Origin: Octopus vulgaris
Taxonomy: Eukaryota
Direction of reading: 5' to 3'
NCBI GenBank assembly: GCA_951406725.2
Contig: OX597826.1
Location: forward strand, 20,274,001-20,338,000
Length of the DNA: 64,000 nucleotides
Each line of letters opens with the position of its first letter. The first letter of the stretch is position 1. Positions 10,615 through 21,919 of the stretch are shown one piece after another. The notes under the pieces are model-generated. The model saw only the letters and a program-made list of their open reading frames with translations. It made no database searches and was not told the DNA's origin. The translations under genes were made by a program, and so were the position numbers.

Positions 10615-13600
10615 CGGGGATGGGTTTGATTCCAGTGTAGCATCTTCGGTAATTGTCATTTTCTCAGAGCCTCAGACCAACCTATACTTTGTGAGTAAAA
10701 ATGGGTAAATGGAAACTGTATAGAAGCCCTTTGAATGGGTTGCACTGGTAATTAAAAAGGTTCAGCCTTTTCAAACACTGTGTTACACTGGTTCTGTTAG
10801 GGAATTGTGTTAAGGGTACACAACATGTGTGCAAATACTCAGCCACGGATGTGTTTATTCAGGGGCAGGTAACTCAGTCGATCTAACAAGTGAATCCTCA
10901 TCACTGAACAAAAGAAATCCACACACACACATTTAGTGTTAACTGTTGGCAAAAAAAAAAGAAAAGAGTACGCAATACCATAGTTTTATTTTGGTGAAGT
11001 CTGTCTCTGGCTACTCTGAGTTTCACTTTTAGGTGTACCTGTGGAAGTGGGAGACCTAGGATGACCTTTGAACGTTGGGCCTCACAGAGGCAATGACAAG
11101 CAACCGAGACCTTTGGAGATATGCTGTGCTTGAGAAGACCCAGCATGCCAAGTGAGATGGTAGCTGTTGCCTATGCCATAACTGGCCCATTTAAGAGTAC
11201 CCTTCAAACGTCTGGCAATATGCTGTGCTTGAGAAGATCTGTTGAGTCAAGTGAAATCATTGTCATGGCTAATACCAGTGCCACCTGACTGGCTCCAATG
11301 CTGGTGGCATGTAAAAAGGACCTACTACACTCTCAGAGTATTCAGCATAGGAAGGGCATCCAGCTGTAGAAACCTTGCCAGATCAGATTGGAGCCTGGTG
11401 CAGCCTCCTGGCTCACCAGTCCTCAGTCAAACCGTCCAACCCATGCCAGCATGGAAAGTGGACATTAAACGACTGCAATGATGATGAGGTCTTCAGGCAA
11501 GTTATGACTGGCCCAGAAGACCTGGTGCACCTACAGGTGAAACTCAGAGTAACCAGAGACTGACTTCACCAATATGTAAGTGTGTGTGAGTTTGTGTGTG
11601 TGTATATGTATAAAGTGAAACATTTGACTTAGCTACTTGATTCTGCACAAAATTTGGGATATCAGAGGAGTTTCTATGTAGCTGTTTGATCTGCTAGAAA
11701 CAACAGCTGAATCTCTCTGAAACTACACCCTATTGTCTTGAAAAGACAGCAGGACACTTTAACCCTTTGACATCTAAACTGGCCACATCCGGCCCAGATA
11801 TGCTTCCTGCTTCATATTCTAACCAGCCAGATCCAGCCTATCACACCCACCCTTCAATGCCATTATAAGATATACAATCACATCATCAAAGTTTTGAAGC
11901 TACAAAATAATGCATGAACAGTGTGAATAGGAAAGGGTTAAATAATGTCATTACAGCTGGATTACTTTTGAACAGGCAGGGCTGACCTATGTTTTCAATA
12001 CACATTTACAGTGTGGGGTGCTACAGTTGAGTACACTCTGGTATAACTGGTATCTATCTCATTGACTTAGACAAGAGTTGAACTCAGAAGAGAAGCAGGT
12101 GTAATTATACACTTCAAGACATTTAATGTCCTATGTCTGTCATTTTACCATTTTAATATTTGTTTACAAACTTAACAGAACTTACCTCTGATAAAGGCTT
12201 TCAAATACTGTTCCTTGAATTTACAGGCCATGACACAGTCAAATAAAGCATAACCAAAGTTTCCTGAAATAGCAACAGTCATAAGACATTTAGAAATGAT
12301 GCCAAAAACAAGAAATGGCTTTGGTCTTTGAAACATGCTGACACAATCTGAAGATCAGAGAAACTAAAGGTTTCAAAAAAGAGAACAAAGAGATAACTAT
12401 AGATTTGACTGGATTGAAGATGCATTTTCTTGGAAATTTGGTAATATCTTTAGTATGAAAGAAGAGCAGTGCTTATGGTGTGTTTGTCCCATCTTGAAGA
12501 CTGGAGACCTGGCCAGGATGTTTGTAACAGAGTGGACACTCCTAAAAGTACCCAAAAGCCAGGGAGTGGGGTTAAATCTGGTGAAAGATAAGTCTACCAT
12601 TTAAGAGATTTGATCCGAAATTTTGTGTCAAAACGAATTTTAGGGTAGAGTTGTTTTTGTTGATTATCAATCATATATAAACATACATTATTAATTAGTC
12701 CCTTCTATTATGGTGTATCAAAGTATTTTGTCATTTACTGAAGTGACAAATGAGACACCATATTGTCTGTGATGAGAGACTTTGATGATAACAAAATAAA
12801 ATATAAGAGAATAATGAATAATATATGCGTGTTTAAAAAGTAAAACATAATTACCAAAATTCAAAAGTCTTTTTTTTGCCCCCCAAAAATATTTGAAAAC
12901 CAGAAGTAAAAATGTTTTCTAATGTAGATACAGAGTGAGAAAGTCAAGAAGAGAATAATTTAAATGTCATAAGAAGGCTGACTTTGAATTATTTTTATTA
13001 ACCTCAGTGTAATTAGACTTTGGGTCAGGAATCTTTAGCCTTGTGTAGAACATGACAATCTCTGTAGTGCTGGTGATATGATAAAATGCACCCAGAACAC
13101 GCTGCAGAATGGTTAGTATTAGGAAAGGCATCTAGTCATAGAAACCAAGAATGTGACAAGACATGATCCCCCACCTGATCTAAAAAAGGACTGATTTCAA
13201 GTTAGAACTTACTTAATCCTTATCAACCCTCCTAACCCATGCCAGATTGGAAAAGTAGATGTAAATTGATGGTGATAACAATCCTGATGATGATGATGAT
13301 GAATGTGCCCCAGAATATATCCAACTTTATGCAGGTTCCACTCATTTTTTTTTATTGATATGATTGACATGTTGCTTCATGTGATGGATGACTGGAGGCT
13401 AAAAACGGTAAGCTGGGGCCCAAAATAGTGTTTCTGTCAGGAGAGTGAGACTGGTGGAAGAAGGTGAAGAGCAGGAACCGATACCCAAAAACTCTAACAG
13501 TTCCACCAGGCCACCATTCTGAAGTGGTATTATGTATTTGGACCCTGAAAGGATCAAAGGCAAAGCTGACCTGATAGGATTTGAACTCAGAGCACAGAGA

Positions 13601-16600
13601 GCTGGAGCAAATACCACAAGGCATTCTACCTGATACTCTACTGTCTCTGCAACCAATTCCTTATCATTAAGGAACAGAACCAAATACCTGAAGAAATTTA
13701 ACATGTTAACAATAATTTTCATAGAGTCTTCATATTGATTATCGTCATTCATTTTCCATGACAGAATGGTTTACAAGAGTCTGTAGTTTGGATAAGGTAC
13801 CATTTAATATTGGGAATAGGCATGGCACCTTGCCCAAGTGACTTTTGTTACAATTCTAGGCTGACCAAAGCTCTGTGAGTGGATCTGGTAGACAGAAATT
13901 GAAAGAAACCTATCTTGTGAGTGTGTGCATACGTGTGTGTGCATGTATGTGCATATATGTGTGTGTGTGTGTATAGAGAGCACTGTTGCTTGTTTCCAGC
14001 CTTCCACGAGAGAATGTTTATCGATCAGTTTCTCTTTACTTACCAAGCTGATAATGAGAAGCTGCTCTATTACAATATAATGAAGCATTTAACATCCTGT
14101 CTGGTGCTTGAACCTTGATCCCTTCAGTGTAATTTTCAACTGCTGTACGATAGTCTTTTTTTTTGAACAGATAATTTCCTTCTTCCTTAAAACTGTCTGC
14201 CTTCACTGTAAGTAAATTGAAAACAAATTGCAATTCTCAACAAACCAAAAACTCATCAAAGACGAATTTGGAAAATAAAATGAGCTGAAAAAGATTTTGT
14301 TTAAATTTTGGAGATGAGGAATTATCATTATTATGGGTGCAGGCATGGCTGTGTGTTACAAAGTTTGCTTCCCAACCACATGGTTCCAGGTTCAGTCCCA
14401 CTGCATGGCATCTTGGGCAAGCTCCTTCTACTATAGCCTCAAACCAACCAAAGCCTTGTGAATTAATCTGAAACTGAAAGAAGGCCATCGAGAGAGAGTG
14501 TGTGTGTGTGTGTGTGTGTGTGTTTGTGTCTGTGTGTCCCCCAACCACTGTTTGACATTTGAAGTTGATTTGTTTATGTTGCTGTAACTTAGTGGTTCAG
14601 CAAAAGAGATTAATACAATAAGTATCAGGCTTAGAAAAAAAAAGTCTAGGGTTCGATTTGTTTGACTAAAAACTCTTTAAGGTGGTGCCCCAGCATGGCT
14701 GCAGTCTAATGACTGAAACAAGTAAAAGATAACAGATTATTATATACTGAAATATTCAGGCTAATGTCTTCATCTTGGTCACAATATTTTAGCTGTTGTA
14801 CTCTGCAGCCATCTTCAGGAATTACCATTATTCCCAACAGACATATTCAGATTAGTGTCTCCTCATCTTGGTTGTTACAATCAAAACATTTCAACCATTG
14901 AACCCTCCACATATTTTCAGGTGCCTGTAATGTTCAGTAACATTCTCAGAATTTTGCATGGAACCCTTTATTCAATCCACAGAAGTAGAATGTCCTCATC
15001 CGATATCAGGGATAGTTTCCCACTTGTGATAACATTTGTCCATTCCACTTAAATCCAAGTATAAATAGCTTGGCTGATGCATGGATTGAACTCATACCCA
15101 TCAGCTAAACCCCTGCACTCGACACATATCCACAATCCCAACATTCCATGGAACCACAGCCTGAATATATCAGGTGTATAACAACAGCAGCAGCAGCAAC
15201 AAGAATACCTGAAACAGTTACAACATCAGATCTGGAACCTTATAAATCTTATCCATAAAATTAACTCTACGTTTTTTTCTTATAATTTACCCCAAAAGAA
15301 GACATAAGTGAAGTTCCAGAACCACAACTATAAAATGGTAACTGGAAGAAATGCAAAGTGGATGGGCATCAGATGACAGAATTGTAAGAGAGTTCAACAA
15401 AGACTTTGAGATATTTGATTACATTCCTTCAAGTTTTGGTTGCATTTAAATTTGGAACCACATTCTCATGGTTCACTATCAGAGACCAAATGCCATATAA
15501 CTTGATTAATTCTTGTTTACGTAGAAGATTTCTGGTACCAATAGATCCAAGCAACAAAATTCCTCACAACTACCAAAATGTAAGCAGTTCCACAGACCAA
15601 GTCTTTTATTGATCTTGAAATGATGAAAGATAATGTCAACTATGGCAGGAATTAAACTCAGAATGTAAAAGACTCCAGCCAAATATGGCACAGGATTTTC
15701 TTCCTCAACACTCTTAACAATTGTAGCAATCCATTTTCCTAGTGAAACAAAATTGATTTTAAAAAGGTTTGATCCCTTACAGAAGGGTCTCTTCCTCATA
15801 TAGAAAAGTATGATTACACACAGAAGGGACTGACCCTTATGCAGAAGGGATTGGCCTCTATGCAAAAGGGATTGATTATACTTACTGAAAGGGTTTTCAC
15901 TTTCATACTTCAGGGCCTGCAGAGCTTCAACAGCTGGATGAAGGGGTTTGGAAGGATCAATTTCTTTCAAAAAAGCTGGATGGGTTTCTAATTCCTGCAA
16001 TAATTTTCATTAATTAATTAATTAATGCTGAATTACTTTTTATAAAATAATTGAAAACTGAATTACAAACTTTATGGTTATCAACTCTTCTACTAACTGG
16101 GTGAAAGAGAGGAAGAGAGAGGAGGAGACAGAGAGAGAGAGAGAAGAGGAGAGAGTTGATATTCTTTTACATCCATTTTCTCATTCCATCCGTCTCTGTA
16201 AATCTTTGACATTTGTGTCTTTATTTGCTTCTTTGATTAATGAATGCAGCCATTTGCTGTGTGGTCAAGATGTCCAAAGCCCAGCTGTGACTGAGTAGTT
16301 AAGAACGTTTGACCTGCAAGTGACACCTTGGGCAAGTGTCTTCTACCACAGCCACAAAGCAGCCAAACAGTTGTGAGTGACATTTTATAGATGGAAACTG
16401 TACTGAAGCTTCTCAGAGAGATCATCCCATTTAATGAGTAGCAGACTTAATCCACAACCCAGTTCACCACCACCACCTACTTCCCCCTCTCCCCCTGGCC
16501 TATGAGTGCCCTCAGAAGAGGCCACCCTGTTGCAAGCATTTGGGCTAAATATGAGGAAAACTACCTGTTTTTCTCCCAACAATCTTTGAGACCTTAAAAA

Positions 16601-16843
16601 TAGTCACAGGCCTGGCTCTTCCTTCTCTCAGGAAATCATTAAACAAGAAAATTAAAACAGGTTATTAGTGATGCTGTCATTAAACAGACAAGGTGCACAC
16701 CTCCAAGGAGATGACATGGGTTATCTTTCCCCAAAGTTTTGATAGCTAATCAACACAGTAAACATGCATCAGGTTCACCGATATATTGATTACATGTGTG
16801 TGTGTGTGTGTGTATGTATGTATATATATATGTGTGTGTGTGC

Positions 16844-16878
<35 letters not shown>

Positions 16879-17043
16879 GTTAACTGAACTCACAGCAATA
16901 ATTTCTTCAATACTTTTGTCTTCAGTTTCAGCCGTTTTCTTAGACTTTTTCATCATTTCATTCAGGAAGTCATCAAGTTCCTCATCAACTTTCTCAGCAA
17001 TACTTTCTGTCAAATTCTTTGATTGAGGCATGTTGGAAGACAT
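3162..17043 (-). CDS. TTC4: Tetratricopeptide repeat protein 4 (Cns1/TTC4 Hsp90 co-chaperone), 11 coding exons, 1173 nt = 390 aa + stop
   Basis: complement(join(16894..17043,15886..15994,14044..14205,12186..12263,10229..10296,10071..10127,9013..9099,8487..8680,5279..5363,4152..4234,3162..3261)); all phases consistent. TPR motifs (FKEEGNYLFKKKDY..AVENYTEG, LYCNRAASHYQLGN) and TTC4/Cns1 C-terminal motifs (LHWPVLFMYPEYNQSDFI, PWDEEHKY, GTPAFILLV). Confidence 0.93.
4152..4234 (-). CDS. TTC4: TTC4 coding exon 10
   Basis: tttccag|IYFEENKTESLFRIPPEKSLLEILQHE|gtaagt. Confidence 0.9.
4335..4900 (+). mobile_element. Cluster of three MetaSINE-like tRNA-derived SINE copies
   Basis: Repeated head ggtgagccggcagaatc...gagttcaaatcc plus the core gcctttcatccttttggggtcaataaaataataccag resembling the Meta domain; other copies at ~13540-13660(-), 27090-27250, 51925-52280(-), 58040-58180. 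Confidence 0.6.
5279..5363 (-). CDS. TTC4: TTC4 coding exon 9
   Basis: tttctag|FSDHILEMFQSCTVPWDEEHKYVPENIE|gtaac. Confidence 0.9.
7075..7392. repeat. Compound (CATA)n/(CA)n microsatellite
   Basis: Direct inspection. Confidence 0.9.
7395..7810 (+). mobile_element. Mariner transposase 5' remnant
   Basis: NINAVYGDWTISVRQCQWWFQK...SLEDEPHPERS...VEELAEKLGFGHSTIH, followed by a WVPHEL-like motif (tgggttcctcacgaactt). Confidence 0.75.
7832..8467 (+). mobile_element. Non-autonomous Helitron
   Basis: A|TC 5' end (tctatatatataaaac), 3' GC hairpin cccgagcaacgccggg, then CTAG|T; three internal ~60-bp repeats (gtctacgatgagtctacgattt...). Confidence 0.8.
8487..8680 (-). CDS. TTC4: TTC4 coding exon 8
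   Basis: ttttcag|KRHIKM...LHWPVLFMYPEYNQSDFIESFSENH|gtacat. Confidence 0.9.
9013..9099 (-). CDS. TTC4: TTC4 coding exon 7
   Basis: ttttag|KIQDRDLRKQQLQERKADVLESKLFNEIH|gtaagt. Confidence 0.88.
10071..10127 (-). CDS. TTC4: TTC4 coding exon 6
   Basis: TTCCTTGAC-ttataatgtat|FEPENEKLSALKEKSLKLK|gtaatt. Confidence 0.8.
10128..10228 (-). other. U12-type (minor spliceosome) intron, 101 nt, AT...AT termini
   Basis: 5' site ATATCCTTT (10228-10220); branch point TTCCTTGAC (10147-10139); an in-frame junction requires the intron to end ...GTAT at 10128. Confidence 0.8.
10229..10296 (-). CDS. TTC4: TTC4 coding exon 5 (followed by a U12-type intron)
   Basis: tttttacaag|SQCCIELKKFSDAIKWCEAGLK|ATATCCTTT. 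Confidence 0.88.
11763..11937. mobile_element. piggyBac-like MITE
   Basis: TTAA|CCCTTT...AAAGGG|TTAA; related bodies at ~38270-38450 and ~58335-58530. Confidence 0.7.
12186..12263 (-). CDS. TTC4: TTC4 coding exon 4
   Basis: tttcag|NFGYALFDCVMACKFKEQYLKAFIR|gtaag. Confidence 0.9.
14044..14205 (-). CDS. TTC4: TTC4 coding exon 3 (TPR1-2)
   Basis: ttacag|KADSFKEEGNYLF...NRAASHYQL|gtaagt. Confidence 0.92.
15886..15994 (-). CDS. TTC4: TTC4 coding exon 2
   Basis: ttgcag|ELETHPAFLKEIDPSKPLHPAVEALQALKYESENPF|gtaagt. Confidence 0.9.
16894..17043 (-). CDS. TTC4: TTC4 coding exon 1
   Basis: ATG at 17043, MSSNMPQSK...IEEIIA|gtgagt; an acceptor (ttacag) 11 nt upstream of the ATG implies a further 5'UTR exon. 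Confidence 0.8.
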
Positions 17044-17790
17044 TTTAAGCAACACTGTAACGAAATATAAATATTAAAATAATATCAGATATTACAAAAA
17101 CCATCTGAAACATAGAAACGTACCTTAAAATAAACAAAAAGATCCCACCCCCACCCCCACAACTGATTGGCATGAAATCACCAATACACACCAATCTTTG
17201 AACCACAATCATGCTGTGTCCTCTCTTTACTTTTTCTACAGCTACTACATGGTCTCTGCTCCTCGGAACTGGCTGGTTTTCTTCCACCTCCATCCAGATT
17301 CATGTCTCTTCTTTTGTGCCACCCATTTTGTATCTAATTCTCCTGGGTTTCTAACTAACCATTTCACAGTCCTTCTTCCCCACAGGCCCTCTTCAAGATC
17401 CACACTGTCCATATTTTTCCCCAGTTGTTCAGGAAGAACACTGACCACATCAGTTTCACTGAACGGCCTTCAAAGACACAATCCCTCCCATCAGATTATC
17501 CCCATCATAGTTTTAATATCCACTTGCATGGCTCAGAATTCCTTGTGACAGATTATCCATGGTTGGATAATTCCTATTGCTAACTCTCAGCTGTTACTGA
17601 GCAATGTAACATTTCTCCATGCTCAGACATGTCTTTCACAGAAGACTACAAACGAACAACCTCACTTATATGACAGTGATGCTCATTTACAGCCATCACA
17701 AGCTGTCAAGACAAGGGTACACAACCATGCACACACTGGTAATGATGCAGATACACACAATTAGATTTGACACACACACACACACATATA

Positions 17791-18310
17791 TGGCACGTAA
17801 AAAGCACCATCCATACATGGTCGATGCCAGCGCCACCTTGACTGGCTACCACGTTGGTGGCACGTAAAAACCACTAACCGATCGTGGCTGTTGCCAGCCT
17901 CCCCTGGCACCTGTGCTGGTGGCACGTAAAAAGCACCATCTGTATGTGGCTGATGCCAGCGCCGCTTTGACTGGCTTCCACGTCGGTGGCAAGTAAAAAC
18001 CACTAACCGATCATGGCTGTAGCCAGCCTCCCCTGGCACGTAAAAAGCACCATCCGTACATGGTCGATGCCAGCGCCACCTTGACTGGAATCTGTGCCAG
18101 TGGCACGTAAAAAGCACCAACCAATCGTGGCCATTGCCAGCCTCCCCTGGCACCTGTGCCAATGGCATGTAAAAAGCACCCACTACACTCACGGAGTGGT
18201 TGGCATTAGGAAGGGCATCCAGCTGTAGAAACACTGCCAGATCAAACTGGAGCCTGGTGCAGCCCCCTGGCTTCCCAGACCCCAGTCGAACCATCCAACC
18301 CATGCTAGCA
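17791..18310 (+). repeat. RTE-LINE 3' tail copy with an internal ABABAB tandem array
   Basis: Seven GGCA(C/A/T)GTAAAAA(GC)ACC anchors with two alternating spacer types, followed by the common ggaagggcatccagctgtagaaac body. Confidence 0.75.
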
Positions 18311-18513
18311 TTAAAAAAAAAAGCAGAATACTAAGAAGAGAATATATACTTTCTTAACTCAACAATTGTTTCAGGAAGTTCAGACTTACATAATCATAAT
18401 GTTCATAATTTGCAGATGGAACGAACAAAAGTCTTGGGTAAGCAACCAGTAAACTGTCACATAGAGACATTACCATAAGTCTGGCTTCCTTCATAAAGAG
18501 AAAGTTGGCAAAA

Positions 18514-18566
<53 letters not shown>

Positions 18567-18927
18567 ATGTTTATATGCCAACATAATGTGGCAATCCTAT
18601 AAAGGACGATGTTACTGTTGTTTTCGCCCCAGGAAAACATCTTCTCCAGCTATCAACACAGTTTGCGGCTGTATATAACATTTGCAAGAGAGGTCATAGC
18701 TCCCATCTCTAGCCTTACGTTATAATCACAGACCTAGGTTTCTGAATCTTATCCATCCTCAGTGAGAAACAATCATCAACTAGTGATGAAAGCTATCTCC
18801 ACTTGCAAATACTATATATTCTCTATATATACTACATATATATCATCATCATCATTTAATATCTGTTTTCCATGCTGGCATGGGTATTTACATATGTGTG
18901 TGTGTGTATGTCTGTATGTAAATATAT

Positions 18928-19957
18928 TGTTACGCCGTCGCTCAACTCAACTCAGGACCCTAAGTTGGCAACGAGGACTACGCTCAGTCAAATGGAAATC
19001 CACCACAAAATGCGGGAGTGGGCAGCGAACACAAGCCAGTAACCGACACAACAACAACAAAGGAGAGAGACAGCAGAGGCAGTTGCTTACATTTAACATC
19101 AATTTATATAATTCACAAAATCAATTAAAACATTTCAAATACATTTAAAAACAAAAGCATTTAGCTACAACACAATTCGAATTACAATCAAATACATTCA
19201 AACGTAATACAACTGTTCAATTAACCAAATCAATTAACAGATCATACACAGAGTTAAAAAAACAATCAAAACAAATAATGGCATTTAGCAAAATACAACG
19301 TCCAACTTTTCTAAACAAATCAATTGGTTGACATGCAACACAATACAGAATCAAACAAAGTCTTTCTCTTTTCTTAATTTTCTTTTCTCTCTCTTCTTCT
19401 AACACAGAGAGTTTGTTCTCAAAGATTTCTTTTTCTTTTCAACAGATTACGTCACAGAGTCCCCTTTCTTTACATTCAACATCAAAGTCCAAAACACAAA
19501 TGAACAATACCGGCAACACTTCCTGAACATTACAACTCCCACTATAGTAGTCCAGTTTCTTCACGTGTCTCTCTCTGCCCCTTCTCTGTCATCTTCTTTA
19601 CGACCTCTATTTGCCTCTCACCAATTTTCACATTCACTCCCTGTTTTCCTCACCTCTTGCCACTATCATCTCCTGGCTGGCTGTCTGCATCGACTGGCCG
19701 CCTCTTGCCAACTGAACCCTTTTCCAGCCTTTCGCTGTCTGCTTCGCTAACCCCAGTCCATCACATTTTAACAGGTGGAATTTTTTTTTTTTTTCAACTT
19801 TCCCTGGCCGTTGGGATCAGAGATTACTTCTTAAACTCATTATTTTTTTACTGTTGCCATTGACAGGACAAAGGATTATTTTTTTTTTTCTGTCGGTTCA
19901 ACTCCAACCAACGGAACTAGGGCATAATGTTTTCCCGTTAGTTTTACCCCTGTAACA
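18928..19957. mobile_element. Probable solo LTR (Gypsy-like), 1030 bp
   Basis: TGTTAC...GTAACA termini flanked by a 4-bp ATAT duplication; no coding content. Confidence 0.6.
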
Positions 19958-19968
19958 ATATATATATA

Positions 19969-21457
19969 CAGTATCTCACAGAAGTATGTACACCCCTAAA
20001 AATTTCATTAAAAAATTGCCATTACTCTGATGATATGAAGGAAATCAAATGAAATTGATACTGAATAAAATGTATTACACATGCAAACATTATACAAATT
20101 TGGAACACAAAACAATAAGCATTTTCAAAGATATGAACAAAATATTAATTTTCAAACAATATATAGAGATGTACACCCCAAAGGAAATTTGCTTTGGTGT
20201 GACTGCATTGTCTTCTGGGCATAGAATCGACTAAATTTCTACATAAAACCAAGGAAATCGACCTCCATGTTACATTGCAAGGATTTTTCTCCTCAACCTT
20301 CCTTTTGAAAACACCTCACAGATGTTCTCTTGGATTTAAATCAGATGACATGGTAGGCCAAGGCAAAACCTTTACCTTTTTATCTGATAAAAACTTAGTC
20401 GTCATCTTTGAAGTGTGTCTTCCTAGTTCCTTGATGCTTTTCAACATTGTTTTCTGCAAAATGTCACAATAAAGCCTTGAATCCATTGTTTTCTCAATAA
20501 CTGTAAGTCCTCCCACACCAGCCACACTCATGCATCCCCAAAGCATAACACTTCCCTCGTGTTTCATGGTAGGCATGGTGCATCTGTCACTATTATCTTC
20601 ACCTGGTCATCACCATACTCGTTTAATACAATCTGACCGAAACAAGTTGATTTTAGTCTCATCAGGGAAATGGATTTTATTCCCAAAGCTCCTTCTCCTT
20701 ACTCACATAGGTTTTGGCAAAAGAAAGACGACTTGATTTATGCCTGGAAATGAGGAGAGGCTTCCCACGAGGAATGCATCAAACTTCGGCGATCTGTTTG
20801 GTTGGTTACACTCTTTCAACTAACAGAAGACACTTCTTGGGCCAAAGATGAAGCGGTGCAACACCTGTCGTCCATCATGTAACATTGGATGTGGCGAATG
20901 TTACACACAGTTAAAATAGAAGGACGACCTGGATGATGCTTATTGCTCAGCCGTCCAGTAGCTTTGTACTACTTCTGATTTACTTTGGCAACTGGATTTA
21001 TGCTAATATGTACTCGTTTGCTAATTAACTTGTATCCTAAACCATTCTTGTGCAAATTAAAAATAATTTCCTTTTTGGTGCCATTTTAATCACAATGAAG
21101 AAGATTTTCACCATGGTACACAAATCAGAATTCCTACAGATGCAATAACAATGACCGATGCAAAAATGCCAGGAGAAATAATTTATTAGAATTGAAACTA
21201 TCAGCAATATCTGAATTTAGTAAAAAGTGGATAAAATATAGAATATAGCAAATTTCCTTTAGAGGGTACATATTTTTATATTGTTTGAAAATTAATTATT
21301 TCATTCATATCTTTGAAAATATTTATTGTTTTTTGGTTCCAAATTCGTATAGTGCTTGCATGTAAAATATATTTTACTCAGTATAAATTCCCTTCAATAT
21401 TATCAGAGTAATGGCAATTTTTTTGAAATTTTTTAGGGGTGTACATACATCTGTGAG

Positions 21458-21463
<6 letters not shown>
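19969..21463 (-). mobile_element. Degenerate Tc1 transposon with long IR/DR-type terminal inverted repeats
   Basis: ~220-bp TIRs starting CAGTATCTCACAGAAGTATGTACACCCC in (TA)n; disrupted transposase (MAPKRK start near 21084; KHEGSVMLWGCMS, LPWPTMSSDLNPREHL). Confidence 0.88.
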
Positions 21464-21513
<50 letters not shown>

Positions 21514-21534
21514 AGGCTTCTTAGAACTTTACTA

Positions 21535-21919
21535 GAGATGGTGTTGATGTAGCTGCAAAAACAGGAAGTTCAACAATTTCTGATGAATCTATTTTTAGAC
21601 TCAGCACAATTAATGTTCATTTGTGTTGTTTTTAATTTTCATGCTTCTTAGTTAAGTGTTTTAGTTTCTCATAATATCAGAAGTCATCTTGGAATACCAA
21701 AACTTAGTGTTGTTCATGATTAAGAGAAATAAATACTTTCATTTTGAAGGCTTCTGTTAATGCTTTAATTAACACATAATTGCAAGAGAAAAACAACTGT
21801 TAGCGAAGTTAGAAGTATTCAATTAGAAATAGCATAAAAAAACACATTAATTTTAAGATGTAAAAGTGTTTGAGTCACTAGAAATAATGGAACTTCCTGT
21901 GTCTGCAAAAACATCTCTG
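21535..21919. mobile_element. Old MITE-like element
   Basis: Imperfect inverted termini agagatg...acaggaagttc / gaacttcctgt...catctct. Confidence 0.45.

Noticed and set aside
14338-14420. tRNA gene (A/B-box-like sequence)
   Set aside because: It is the multi-copy SINE head and gives no complete cloverleaf.
15170-15320. Poly-Q-containing short reading frame on the plus strand
   Set aside because: Short, stop-bounded and without splice support; it is likely a retroelement remnant in a TTC4 intron.
15506-15885. 164-aa ORF extension with QSLLHRG/QSLLHKG repeats
   Set aside because: It lies beyond the GTAAGT donor of TTC4 exon 2 and reflects a short 21-bp intronic tandem repeat read-through.
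17791-18185. CRISPR array
   Set aside because: Spacers repeat (ABABAB), the array is part of a LINE 3'UTR, the context is eukaryotic and there are no cas genes.
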